The notes beneath the pieces are model-generated. The model made no database searches, was not told the DNA's origin, and saw only the letters and a list, made by a program, of their open reading frames with translations. A stretch of DNA of 64,000 nt. Source: an uncultured candidatus Brocadiaceae bacterium (GTDB lineage: Bacteria > Planctomycetota > UBA1135 > UBA2386). Positions 25,255 to 34,775 of this stretch are shown in pieces. The stretch's first letter is position 1. Every line of letters begins with the position of its first letter. The stretch spans positions 11,381 through 75,380 of the forward strand of contig CAZIVO010000003.1 in NCBI GenBank assembly GCA_964542765.1. The letters are read 5' to 3'. The position numbers were made by a program, and so were the translations under genes.

Positions 25255-27846
25255 TTAGCGCCGATCTTCCATCAGGTCCTTTACATCCGTGATCGTGGCG
25301 CGGACCAAGACCATCAAACTCGAGTTCTCGTCGGAGACACCTTCCTGCTTGAACAGGAAGGAGAGGATGGGGATTTTAGACAGGATCGGGGTCTCGGCTT
25401 TTCGCTCGGTAGCCAGCACTTCACGGAGCCCACCCAGGAGGACCGAACCACCGTCTGGAACCTCTGCCGTGGTGGCGAATGACTTCACCCTCATGATCGG
25501 CAGTTGCAAGGTGACGGGCAGTGTTGAGCCTGCCAACGAGGTTGAGAATGTTGGGATTGGACGAACCAACTCCGCGATGGTGGGCTGCAAGCTCAAGGCT
25601 ACGCGCCTACGATCGTGGGTGATGGTCGGTCGAACGTCGAGGACAACCCCGTCCTGGATGACATCGACTTTCGGATCTGCGATGAACGATGCCTGCGCCA
25701 CTTCGATGTCGAAGTCACGGACGTAGGAGGTCTGGTTGATGACCGCCACGTTGGCTCGTTCGTTGTTGAGCACGGTGATGGTTTGGCTATTGACCACCTG
25801 GATGTCTTGGCGCTTTTCGACGGCTCTGATCAAGGCCTGCACCTGTAGATCGTCAAGAAGCGAGATGCTTGCCGTGGCACCGCCGGTGGTGCTCAGGGCG
25901 CGCCCGAGCCCTTGAGAGAAGAAGTTTTCGGTGCGTGCTCGCACGTCACCGTCACCTCCGTCGTTGAAGAAGGCGCCAGCACTCGGACGGCCAGCTTCTT
26001 CGCCTGTGCCTGCATTATCGAAGCCACGCGAGGCATTGTCATCGAGCATGTTTGTGATGTCATCGAGCGTCGAAACCGTTCCCTTGGCTCCCGATCCACC
26101 CAAACCACGGAAGTCCACGCCGATTTCCTGGATGAAGTTCTGGGTGACCGTGAGGAATTTCGATTCGATCGTGACGACGGTTGTCGCGAAGCGGCGCTGG
26201 TCGTTGAGGAGTTGAATCACTCGCTGCTGCATTTCAGGATTGGCAGTCACCAGCAGGTAGCCGCCTTCGACAGCTTCCATCATGCCCCCGCCTTCGGCGT
26301 CCCAGTAGGTATCGCCACCAGTCGCATCCTTGATGTTCGCGGCGAGGGTATCGAGTTCTATATAGGCGATTCTCTCATCTGCTTCGCCGCCGATTCGTGG
26401 GCCGCTCATGCCGGTATCGCCAGATGGCATGTCGCGAACGGTGGGAGGGAGGAACGTGGTGATGGGGAAGACCAGATCGCGGACATCGTGGCTGATCAGG
26501 GTGCTATTGCCACCGGCCAGGGCCCTTGTAGTGATCTCGACAACGCCGTTGCGCACGGTCCATGCGAGGCTCTCACTCTTGGCTACCATGTGGTCCAAGA
26601 AATTGGCAACGGAAATGGATGAGACGAGTTCCATCTCAAGTACCAGACTCTCATCGTCGATGGCTTCTTGTGCTTCTGGCGTGATGATGATGGGGATGCT
26701 GGTGATGGTCTGTACGAGTTTGCGGACTTCGTTGTAGTCACCAGTTTCTTCCGTGAAGGACAGCTTGCCGACGGCCTTGGTCTTGACCTGCTCCATGATG
26801 GCGGCGTCGTCTGCATCTACCGTCGTTGTCGGGAGGCTCTGCTTTTGGCGCTGGCTAGCGGTCTTCCATGTTTCGGGATTGGTTCGAAGGATGTCGGTCT
26901 GCGGAATCTTCAGGTCCTCGGCGGCCTCGAGCATCTTGGTGAACTCGCGCCGTTTCTCGGCGTAATAGGCATCGGTGCGGGATTCACGCCCAGCCTTGAT
27001 CGATGCATTGTGGAGGTTGCGCGCGACGTGATTCACGGGCTCAAGTTGCAGCGCTTGGAAAGCGAGTTCCTCAGCAATCCGGAATTTCCGATCCTCGAAG
27101 GCTCGGATAGCAGTCGTCAGGAAGCGGTCTACCTTGGCGTCATGGCGTGCGCGTTCGCGCTCCTCGACGAGGCGTAGCTGCTGTTGTGTCTCGCGTTCCA
27201 GGATGTCTTGCTTTTCGAGGAGAGCTGCGTCATGAGCCTTCTGAGCCTGTGCAAGAAGATCTTCGCTTCGCTGTTTGATGTTGCCCCACTCGATGTCCGA
27301 GCCGACTTCAATGTGTAGAAGGACTTGCTTGGCGTTCTGAATCGCCACCGCGTTATTGCCCTGCTCCATCGATTGATGGCCAGACTCAAGCAGGTCGATG
27401 GCGCGGGCCTTGGCACGCTCTTCACGGATCCTCCACAGCTGAGCCATCGCTTGCCCATAGGTCTGGATCGTTCCTGGATCATCCGGGTTGATCTCGCTCT
27501 TGATGGTCGCGATTCTCTGGTTGACTTCGTTGCTGCCCGGTGTGAGTTCCTGCGCACGCAGTAACAACGCCAGCGCTTGCTCAAGTTCTCCCTGCATTCG
27601 AAGGTCGCGAGCATCGGCCAGATACTTTGTCACGAGAAACTTGGCGCGCTGTGTGCCGATTTCACCTGTTCCCGGATCTTGCTGCGGTGTGAGCGGCCGA
27701 GTCAAGGTTGCATCATCGGCATAAGAGCTTCCAGAACTCGTGCCGGAGCACGATGGCAGAAAGCAGGTAAAGACGCAGAGTGCGGAAGAGGAGATTGCGA
27801 GGGCTAGTCGACGGTTCAGTTTGGGAATCATGTCGGCTTCGTTCAC
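25255..27846 (-). CDS. Secretin-family outer-membrane channel (paralogue 1) with an N-terminal TPR-like helical region
   Basis: C-terminal secretin domain: ...VVLDVRPTITHDRRRVALSLQP...VPDGGSVLLGGL...ETPILSKIPILSFLFKQ...LMVLVRATI. An N0/STN-like domain is also present (ISVANFLDHMVAKSESLAWTVRNGVVEITT). The Cys-containing signal peptide FLPSC fits if the start is ATG 27831; the ORF track start is GTG 27846. Confidence 0.85.
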   Translation of the reverse strand: MNEADMIPKLNRRLALAISSSALCVFTCFLPSCSGTSSGSSYADDATLTRPLTPQQDPGTGEIGTQRAKFLVTKYLADARDLRMQGELEQALALLLRAQELTPGSNEVNQRIATIKSEINPDDPGTIQTYGQAMAQLWRIREERAKARAIDLLESGHQSMEQGNNAVAIQNAKQVLLHIEVGSDIEWGNIKQRSEDLLAQAQKAHDAALLEKQDILERETQQQLRLVEERERARHDAKVDRFLTTAIRAFEDRKFRIAEELAFQALQLEPVNHVARNLHNASIKAGRESRTDAYYAEKRREFTKMLEAAEDLKIPQTDILRTNPETWKTASQRQKQSLPTTTVDADDAAIMEQVKTKAVGKLSFTEETGDYNEVRKLVQTITSIPIIITPEAQEAIDDESLVLEMELVSSISVANFLDHMVAKSESLAWTVRNGVVEITTRALAGGNSTLISHDVRDLVFPITTFLPPTVRDMPSGDTGMSGPRIGGEADERIAYIELDTLAANIKDATGGDTYWDAEGGGMMEAVEGGYLLVTANPEMQQRVIQLLNDQRRFATTVVTIESKFLTVTQNFIQEIGVDFRGLGGSGAKGTVSTLDDITNMLDDNASRGFDNAGTGEEAGRPSAGAFFNDGGDGDVRARTENFFSQGLGRALSTTGGATASISLLDDLQVQALIRAVEKRQDIQVVNSQTITVLNNERANVAVINQTSYVRDFDIEVAQASFIADPKVDVIQDGVVLDVRPTITHDRRRVALSLQPTIAELVRPIPTFSTSLAGSTLPVTLQLPIMRVKSFATTAEVPDGGSVLLGGLREVLATERKAETPILSKIPILSFLFKQEGVSDENSSLMVLVRATITDVKDLMEDRR

Positions 27847-28403
27847 TCAGGGGTGTCGTGACCCGGAATTTGTGCAGATGTACAGACCATTAGCTCAACA
27901 AAAGGCGGCATCGGGGCCGCAGGTGATATGAGAGAGGGTCGGGCCAGCATCATACGTGCGAGGTAGAGCCCAAGCCGCAGGGCGCGCGGCCTGGATGGTC
28001 TCAGAGGCTATAAAAAGTATTCCCCTTGGCGGTGACGTGCCACCCCCAAATGGGGGTCTTTTGGTCCTTCTTTGGTTTGGCGGCATGACGTAATCACTAG
28101 ATTTCACAATGGTTAGCCTATGAATCAGCCCCGTCGCCGCGGCGGCGGGTGCCCTGGCCTCGGGCCATGCCCACAGAGATCCCCTTACCATGGGTTTCGC
28201 GAGGCCCGCCGCTGTTTTGATGTGATCGGGGGGAGGGCGCAGCCCGGATCACTCCGTTCGGGCCGGGCCAAGAGTGCACACTTGCGTTTGCCACCACTGG
28301 GGGATGTCAGGGCTTCAATTGGCCCGGGGGGTGGTGCGTGCGCGTGCCGGATCCGGGGGTGGCCGCCGAGATAGGGGCGATGGGGATGCCGCCGCCGCCG
28401 GGG

Positions 28404-28973
28404 CTATCGGCTTCGCATCTCGCGCCGCTTGTTGGCTTCCGCGCTTCCCCTCGCACCCATGCCCCCGCCAAAGTTGACATCGGTGAAGCCTGCGTTTGTC
28501 ACGGCATCGACCGTGAGTGCAACGTCGCCGTATGTGGTCTCTTCGGTGGGCTCCACCACGACTCCCATCAGCTTGGGTTCGCCGGTCTTTGGGTCAGTCT
28601 GCATCTTGGATTTATCCTTGGCGATGCGCTTGAGCTCTTCGAGCAACTTGTCGATCTCGCGGAGTTTCTTGGGACCGACTTCCCAGTGGATCTGGTGACC
28701 TTCGAGTCTGTAACTCCCTTCCGGGCGCTTCTTGTAGCGAGGAGACTCGGTCCCCCAGTTCGTGCAGACAATCTTGATTTCCAGCTTCTCTTGTGGCTCG
28801 ACATCGGTGGAGTGTGCACCGACGTCCTTGGGCAGATAGGCCGGCAGCTTTGCCTCGAGGACTTTGAAGTCGATACAGAGAAAGAAAATGATCAGCAGGA
28901 AGACGACGTCGATCATCGGCGTCATGTCCATCTCGAACTCTTCATCGACTTGTTCGCGAATGAGGTCTCTCAT
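28404..28973 (-). CDS. exbD: ExbD/TolR-family biopolymer transport protein (paralogue 2, elongated)
   Basis: EFEMDMTPMIDVVFLLIIFFL is the canonical ExbD N-terminus and TM segment. The C-terminal YGDVALTVDAVTNAGFTDVNF is ExbD-like. At 189 aa it is longer than the roughly 135 aa typical of the family. Confidence 0.85.
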   Translation of the reverse strand: MRDLIREQVDEEFEMDMTPMIDVVFLLIIFFLCIDFKVLEAKLPAYLPKDVGAHSTDVEPQEKLEIKIVCTNWGTESPRYKKRPEGSYRLEGHQIHWEVGPKKLREIDKLLEELKRIAKDKSKMQTDPKTGEPKLMGVVVEPTEETTYGDVALTVDAVTNAGFTDVNFGGGMGARGSAEANKRREMRSR

Positions 28974-28988
28974 GAGTCTTTCCCTGCT

Positions 28989-29513
28989 CTATTTCTGGAG
29001 CTTGGCTTCCTTGTCCTCTTCACTCATGGCGAGCTCGAGCTTCCAGAAGGCGGCATCTTTTTGCGTGCAAGCCGTCATGAACTTGCCGACATAGTGCCAC
29101 TCGGTCCATTTGTCAGCGCGAATCAGCACAGGGTCATCGACGACCGTCATCGTCATTCCGCCGCCGACCGTCTCTTTCTTGATATTCTCTTTCTTGCAGA
29201 CATTGTCGCGCCAGTAGACCAAGAGCTTGTGGATGTCTTCGGTGTACTGCTTGTCCGCAACCTTGGGATCTGCCCACTGGTTCTTCTTGTAGATGATGTT
29301 CCCGGACTGAGCGATATTGACGATCGGGCGGACATCGGCAGGTTGGTCATCTGGGACGGCGTACAGGGCCTTCGGCAGGATCAGATCCTCGAGATCTTGC
29401 TGGCTAAGGTCGATGACGAGCACGAAGAAGATCATCAGGAGGAAGACGCAATCGATCATGGGCGTCATGTCCATCTCCAGTTCCTCCTGGGCGTGTTTTG
29501 TTGCCTTGCTCAT
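28989..29513 (-). CDS. exbD: ExbD/TolR-family biopolymer transport protein (paralogue 1, divergent periplasmic domain)
   Basis: ELEMDMTPMIDCVFLLMIFFVLV. The likely start is ATG 29513, preceded by aaggag. The ORF track start is 29585. Confidence 0.8.
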   Translation of the reverse strand: MSKATKHAQEELEMDMTPMIDCVFLLMIFFVLVIDLSQQDLEDLILPKALYAVPDDQPADVRPIVNIAQSGNIIYKKNQWADPKVADKQYTEDIHKLLVYWRDNVCKKENIKKETVGGGMTMTVVDDPVLIRADKWTEWHYVGKFMTACTQKDAAFWKLELAMSEEDKEAKLQK

Positions 29514-29592
29514 GCCAGCGCTCCTTGTTCGATGGTTGCCCGATGCCGAGTCATCGGCGGCGGGTTGTTTGCGGTCATTCCGCACATTGGCA

Positions 29593-30318
29593 TTATCCCT
29601 TGGACCCGGCGCGGAAACGCTCGAACAGGTCTTCGGCCAAGGCGTTCACCTCGATGGTCGTCCGCACAACCTTGTTGCGGAAGGTGAAGAAGAACGCGCC
29701 AACGGGGATGGCCACGATCAGCCCGAAGATGGTGGTGGTGAGCGCCAGCTTGATACCTCCGGCGAGTTGCGCCGGACTGACAGATCCGCCAGCACTGGCG
29801 ATTTCACCGAAGGTGACGAACATACCGGTCACGGTCCCGAGCAGGCCCATCATCGGCGCCGTCGCACTGATCAAGGAGAGCCAGCCCACTTTCTGGAACA
29901 GCTTGACCGCTTCTTCGTCTTGCATCTCACGCATTGCCGTTTGAATGGTGTCAAAGGGATGCCCGAGTTTGCCAAGCCCGGAGGCGATGATGTTGGTGAA
30001 GTAAGTCCGCTCGTTCTCGCAGAGTTCGAGAGCATCCTGGAAGGTTTCTTCATCGAACATGGCCTCCATCTCGTCGATCAGATCTGGTGGGGCGAGCTTG
30101 TCGCGCTTGATCGTCATGAAGTTCTCGATGATCAGCGCCAGAGACACGATTGAGATGAGGACGATCACCCAGCCGATGATGCCCGCATGTGCGAACATGT
30201 CAGAGACTGCGTTTCTCTGTTCGGTTGTTTCCTGCGCGGCCGCGGGTGCAGCGAGAAAGAGAGGGGCGAACGCGGGCAGAGTTGCGGTCAACTTGTGAAA
30301 TGATTCAGGCAGTTTCAT
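29593..30318 (-). CDS. exbB: MotA/TolQ/ExbB proton-channel protein
   Basis: Three TM segments with GIIGWVIVLISIVSLALIIE and LISATAPMMGLLGTVTGMFVTF (the conserved ExbB/TolQ TM2-3 region). It has an N-terminal signal-like segment. The likely start is ATG 30318; the ORF track gives TTG 30372. Confidence 0.9.
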   Translation of the reverse strand: MKLPESFHKLTATLPAFAPLFLAAPAAAQETTEQRNAVSDMFAHAGIIGWVIVLISIVSLALIIENFMTIKRDKLAPPDLIDEMEAMFDEETFQDALELCENERTYFTNIIASGLGKLGHPFDTIQTAMREMQDEEAVKLFQKVGWLSLISATAPMMGLLGTVTGMFVTFGEIASAGGSVSPAQLAGGIKLALTTTIFGLIVAIPVGAFFFTFRNKVVRTTIEVNALAEDLFERFRAGSKG

Positions 30319-30341
30319 GAAACCGTCTCGATTCGATTGCT

Positions 30342-30372
30342 GAAAAAACACTTGGGGCGAGGGCCACCCCAA
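30342..30372 (-). terminator. Terminator-like hairpin (ttgggg-N9-ccccaa, then gtgtttttt) between the TPR-like gene and exbB
   Basis: Read on the minus strand. The stem covers 30372-30367 and 30357-30352, and the T-run covers 30348-30343. It lies about 24 nt upstream of the exbB ATG. Confidence 0.35.
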
Positions 30373-30493
30373 TAAGTCTGAAAGGTGTTTCTAGGGGTCC
30401 TCTTGTCGGAGGGATAGGTAGAGTTTGCGTGTGAAGTCCGTTCGGGGGAAGCCCCGGTTACCGGTTCATGTAAGAATTTCCCCTGGATAGGAT

Positions 30494-31627
30494 TCACCGG
30501 GAAAGTTCCTCGCGGGCTAGAGATGCCCATGGTGTCGAAGCGTAAAAACGGGTCACGGCATTGAAGTAGGCAGCGGCACGAGCCTTCTTGTCCTTTTCTT
30601 TGTCGGAGGAGATGGCGAGCAAGACCTTGCCAGTGAAGTAGAGGGCCTTGGCCGTTGTGCTTCCATCTCCGATGTCGAGAAGATTGGCCATTGCGAGTGC
30701 TACTTGGGCGTCCCGGAGTGCTTTGTGATCTTGGCTCGTAGAGCCTTTCATGAAAAGGGCCTGGCCCTTTCCTGCGTAGGCAGCGGCCTGCACCGAGGTT
30801 GGTTGGTTGGACGACGTGGGGTTCTCAAACTTTTGGAAATAGATCAGGGCTTGGTCGTATTGCCCTTCAGCAATGAAGGTTTCGCCCTCGCCGACGACCG
30901 ATTGGGACTTGAGTTTATGAAGTTGTGGATCGGTGTCGCCCGAATTGAGAGCGGCATCGACGGCAGAAATCACGCCGCGGTAGGTGGAGCGTGCCTCAGC
31001 GTGTTTGTTCAGGGCAACTTGGGCGAGGGCTTTCTCGAATTTGGCTCGCGCATCCCAGATGAGTCCCCAGCTGTTTTGGATCGCCAGATTCTCGTATTCC
31101 GTCAGCTTTGTTTCTGCTTCGGCGGCCTCGCCCTGCAGTCGCACTGCCCGTGCGATCGCCAGACGAGCTGCCGGGATCCTCAGCCCGTCAGGGGCGCTGC
31201 TCACGTAGTCTTCCATGGAGGACTGTGCCCCGGCGGCCTTGTCCACATCATCTCCGGCTGCTCGTAACAGTGCGTCTGCTGCCTGAAACTTCAGCTCAGC
31301 TTGGAAGACAGGTCTGCTCGTGCCTGTCTCGGCCTCCTTGTAGAAGTTGGCAGCTTTTTCGAAGTTGCCCTTGGCCATGGCTACTTGGGCGATGAGGTAG
31401 CTTTCCGGCGGTTCATGCCAGTCGATGGTTTGGATCTTGCTGGCGGATAGCTTCGACTCTTTCGACCCACGCTTGTAGGTGATGGAGTCGGTGGTCATGG
31501 AGGTTACTTCGACACCTCGTACTCGTGCTCCGTCGGTTTGGATGATCGTGTCCTTGATCTTTTGAGCGCCGACAGGGGCGGTGACCAAGAGGGCCGTGCC
31601 ACATGCGATAGCCGTGATGAGTTTCAT
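30494..31627 (-). CDS. Exported TPR-like helical-repeat protein with a small N-terminal beta domain
   Basis: The signal peptide MKLITAIACGTALLVTAPVGAQ fits a start at ATG 31627 (the ORF track start 31690 would overlap the upstream gene by 4 nt). Helical repeats include GNFEKAANFYKEA and GQYDQALIYFQKF. It has no recognisable catalytic motif. Confidence 0.6.
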   Translation of the reverse strand: MKLITAIACGTALLVTAPVGAQKIKDTIIQTDGARVRGVEVTSMTTDSITYKRGSKESKLSASKIQTIDWHEPPESYLIAQVAMAKGNFEKAANFYKEAETGTSRPVFQAELKFQAADALLRAAGDDVDKAAGAQSSMEDYVSSAPDGLRIPAARLAIARAVRLQGEAAEAETKLTEYENLAIQNSWGLIWDARAKFEKALAQVALNKHAEARSTYRGVISAVDAALNSGDTDPQLHKLKSQSVVGEGETFIAEGQYDQALIYFQKFENPTSSNQPTSVQAAAYAGKGQALFMKGSTSQDHKALRDAQVALAMANLLDIGDGSTTAKALYFTGKVLLAISSDKEKDKKARAAAYFNAVTRFYASTPWASLAREELSR

Positions 31628-31686
31628 TGAACCTGTCCCCGAGCCGATTCTCGTTCTGATTACTGTTTGTCGAGTCACCGATATCC

Positions 31687-34587
31687 TCATCGTGGTGGTG
31701 GGTTCGCCTGGAACAACTGATACAGCTCGTAGGCTTGGCTGTCCGTGCTCCCCATCTCGCTGAGCTTGGCGAATTCGTCCGTTGCCCGGGCCTTGCTATA
31801 GAGGGTGTTCGCGTAGCGCCGGTAATTGGTGTCGTCTTTCCCGGCCTGCACGGCGTAGTAGTAGCACTCCCAGTGGAAGAGGTACCACGGCGTCGAATAG
31901 TCGGTCACTCCCCGCAGGCTGTTCAGTGCGTAGCTCTTGTATTCGCGCCACATCTTGTCGTAGGCCTTTTTCGGGTCACCGAGGCCCTGGTAGGTCTTGA
32001 TGGTTCCGCGATCATCTATCTCTTTCCAGCCTCCCAGGCTCATGGCGATGAGCCGTTTGAGCGGGTAATTCTTTGGGCTGGCCTTCTCGGTAGCGCTCAG
32101 GAGGTCATGGGCTTGCCGGTACTTGTGTTGTTTGAGCACCGCTTGCCCGACGATCAGCTTCACAAATCTCTGGACACGATCCTTGGACTTGGAGTCTTCG
32201 CCGAAGAGTTCGATGATGTTGGCCCCCAGCGACTCGACCAGTTGCCAGTCTTTCAGGGCTTCAGCCTGGAGAAGCGTGATGTATGCAATGCCATACTGCG
32301 GCTTGTCTGATCCCTTGAGGTAGTCTCTTCCCAAGGCGAGCAGTTGTCGTCGCAGCGACTCCAGCTTCTGGGTCTCAGCCAACAGCTGGCTTTTATTGGT
32401 CCGGACCTCGTCGCTGCTGACCGTGAGTTCCATTGCCTTGACCTGATCATTGAAGGCCGTGAAGACGGCAGCAGCCAGGTTGGCGACGATCACATCCCTC
32501 GGAGCAACTTTTTGTAGTTTGCGATACTGCTCCTCGGCTTTGTTCAAGGCTCCGGTCACCACGTGGGATTTGCCAATCACGTAGAGAACTCTTGGAAGCA
32601 GGCTTGGCGATATCTGGCTGTGGCGGCCTTCCCAGTCGCTCAGCGCTGCGATTGCTTTGGGATAAAGTGTCAGGTTCTTTTTTCCGCCACGGCCTTCGGC
32701 TTCCACAAAGAGCATGTAGCCATCGTAGAAGTCGATTTCTGATTGGGCGAGTGCGCGGGTTTGGCGCAGATCGCTCCGGTCATCGGCCAGGATAGCCTCT
32801 TTCGATTCGAGCCATTGCCGATATGCCGCGACGGTTTTGCGAGCAGCGGCGTGATCGCCGAGGCGTTGGTTGGCAGAGACGATGCGTGCTTGGGCCCATT
32901 CGTAATAGATGGAGTCAGGCGTGATTTTTGTGTAGTGGCCAATTGCGTCTGCATACTTGCCTTCGCGTATGGCACCGATGCCCTTGTTCCAGTACTGCTT
33001 TGAAGCGCTGGCGGTGGACCCGAAGCGAGCGGTGAGAGCCGTGATCTCGTCGTTCAGTTGGTCGAAGTAGGAGTCAGATTTGCTGAGAGCGCGTACCTGT
33101 CGCATGGTTCGCTCGATCAGGTCGGAGGCTTTCTCCACGGTGGCCTTGTCGGGGCAACTCGACCCGTATTTGTCGAGGCCGGATTTCAGTGCAAGCGTTG
33201 CTTCGACCGCACGATTTTGCAGGATGAAGCACTGAGCCAGCGAGTAGTAGGCTTCTACAGCGGAGGTAGCTTTCTCCTCATTGCTCATGGCGGCGAGGGC
33301 ACGCTTGAAACCGTGAATCGCGATCTCGTAGTTCTTTGCCTGGTAGTCGCCCTTGGCGACTTCCAGGAGAAGTTGCGCGCTGACCAGCATGCTCTGTGCG
33401 GCGAGGATGTCCTTGATGACCGTCTTGGCCTGGAGCCCGATGGCATCGTTGGGGTGTTTTTGATTGTAGTATTTGGCCTGCTCGAGCGAGCGAGCGACGA
33501 GTTCAGGCTTGCCGGACTCCGCCATGGCCCGAGCTTCGATGATGTAGAGAGCGTGCCCGAACCGAAAGTCTTCCTTGCCGTCGATGAACTTTCCGCTCTC
33601 GTACTTTGTGACGGGGACGTTGAGCGATTCCAGGTGCTTGCGGTAATCGGCGACGAGGGTGAGTACGTCATCGCTTTTGCCGAGCTGGAACAAGGCCTGC
33701 CCTCGCCGGTTGTAGGCCTCCTCCATGAGGATGACCATCAGTTCGCGGATATCCCCGGACAGGTCGAGACGCTCGTCCTTGAGGGCCATGTCTGCGGCAT
33801 CGATCACATCCTGGAAAGCGGTTTCGGCCGCATCCAGATCTCCCATCACTTCGTCACACGTGGCCATCTCAAGCAGGCCTTTCAGGCCGAGCGCTGTCTC
33901 TTCGCCGACATCGAAGATCAACTCTTCGAGTTCTTCACGGGCCCTATCGACCAGATGGTCGCGGTCTTTGCGGACGGCACGGCCGTGTTCGCGCAGAAGG
34001 ATCCCTTTGCGCAACCAGCTCAGGTGGTAGCGGAGGCTGTCTGTGGCGTTGGCATCCTTGAGTCGTTCAAGTCCACTCATGGCCTTATTGGCTGCCGTGA
34101 CACCACCCCGGAATACGCTTGCCGCTTCTTCTTCCAAGGTCTGAACCTTGTCCGGCTCCTCCGACCGTGCGATGCTGATTTCTTCGACGAGGTTTCGGCC
34201 ATACTCGATCGATGCATCCGACATCGTGATGCGAGATTGCATTGCGACGGGGTCGTTGGGGTAGCGCGAGATCAGGTCTTCCATGCGCTTGAGGGCGTCT
34301 TTGAACAGGGTGCGCCGCGTTTCACGGTTGGGGTGTAGCTTGGCTCCGATCACCGAAATGTCGATGCCGAGCTGTGCAACGGACTTGAAGTCGTTGCTAT
34401 CCTGATACTCTTTCTTGAGTCGGTCGGCTTCTGACTGCGCCAGGGAGATGAAGCGTAGCTTTTCGGCGAGTGCGCGCACGAAGGACACATCGCGCTCTAC
34501 CTTGCTCGACTGGGCGGAGAGAGAGGGGAGAAGGACGAGAACCGCAAGTGCGACTGGGGCCAGCCTCGATATCATAGGAGACGACAT
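31687..34587 (-). CDS. Large exported all-TPR/helical-repeat protein (966 aa)
   Basis: Signal peptide LAVLVLLPSLSAQ. After it come more than 15 TPR-like A/Y/L-patterned repeats, for example GDYQAKNYEIAIHGFKRALA and GKYADAIGHYTKI. Confidence 0.7.
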   Translation of the reverse strand: MSSPMISRLAPVALAVLVLLPSLSAQSSKVERDVSFVRALAEKLRFISLAQSEADRLKKEYQDSNDFKSVAQLGIDISVIGAKLHPNRETRRTLFKDALKRMEDLISRYPNDPVAMQSRITMSDASIEYGRNLVEEISIARSEEPDKVQTLEEEAASVFRGGVTAANKAMSGLERLKDANATDSLRYHLSWLRKGILLREHGRAVRKDRDHLVDRAREELEELIFDVGEETALGLKGLLEMATCDEVMGDLDAAETAFQDVIDAADMALKDERLDLSGDIRELMVILMEEAYNRRGQALFQLGKSDDVLTLVADYRKHLESLNVPVTKYESGKFIDGKEDFRFGHALYIIEARAMAESGKPELVARSLEQAKYYNQKHPNDAIGLQAKTVIKDILAAQSMLVSAQLLLEVAKGDYQAKNYEIAIHGFKRALAAMSNEEKATSAVEAYYSLAQCFILQNRAVEATLALKSGLDKYGSSCPDKATVEKASDLIERTMRQVRALSKSDSYFDQLNDEITALTARFGSTASASKQYWNKGIGAIREGKYADAIGHYTKITPDSIYYEWAQARIVSANQRLGDHAAARKTVAAYRQWLESKEAILADDRSDLRQTRALAQSEIDFYDGYMLFVEAEGRGGKKNLTLYPKAIAALSDWEGRHSQISPSLLPRVLYVIGKSHVVTGALNKAEEQYRKLQKVAPRDVIVANLAAAVFTAFNDQVKAMELTVSSDEVRTNKSQLLAETQKLESLRRQLLALGRDYLKGSDKPQYGIAYITLLQAEALKDWQLVESLGANIIELFGEDSKSKDRVQRFVKLIVGQAVLKQHKYRQAHDLLSATEKASPKNYPLKRLIAMSLGGWKEIDDRGTIKTYQGLGDPKKAYDKMWREYKSYALNSLRGVTDYSTPWYLFHWECYYYAVQAGKDDTNYRRYANTLYSKARATDEFAKLSEMGSTDSQAYELYQLFQANPPPR

Positions 34588-34625
34588 TCCTGGTTAGGGT
34601 CTGATTCCAGGTGGGTTAGAACTAG

Positions 34626-34649
34626 TCAGGAAGGAGGGGTTCTTCCTGA
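34626..34649 (-). promoter_or_regulatory. Perfect 8-bp stem hairpin (tcaggaag-N8-cttcctga) in the leader of the 966-aa TPR gene
   Basis: Read directly. It lies about 40 nt upstream of the start codon at 34587 and has no U-tract. Confidence 0.3.
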
Positions 34650-34775
34650 TTCGCGGTTGCTGATTGCAGATATGCAAGCGCAGCTAAGGCGATGGAACGG
34701 CGGAGTATAGCGCCCGGTTCATCCTGCGCACCGGAAAAGCTTCGGATGCACCGACAGGCGTGCCCACATGCCGGA

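Noticed and set aside
28308-28330. tRNA/tmRNA-like T-arm (gggc-ttcaatt-ggccc) in the long spacer
   Set aside because: The loop length and sequence do not fit GTTCRANYC. No acceptor stem or CCA context and no anticodon or D arm could be built around it.
28338-29687. 449-aa + strand ORF spanning the ExbD/ExbD/ExbB region
   Set aside because: It is antisense to three genes with canonical ExbD (MDMTPMID) and ExbB motifs. It has no motifs of its own.
28404-30318. Zorya-like anti-phage system, suggested by the MotAB/ExbBD-like stator
   Set aside because: There are no ZorC/ZorD-like helicase or nuclease genes. The ExbB-like protein lacks the long cytoplasmic tail of ZorA. The neighbours are exported TPR proteins and secretins rather than DNA-targeting effectors.
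33058-34338. 426-aa + strand ORF
   Set aside because: It is antisense to the 966-aa TPR gene, which has a signal peptide and periodic TPR pattern. The + frame is low-information and rich in V/G/D/L/F.
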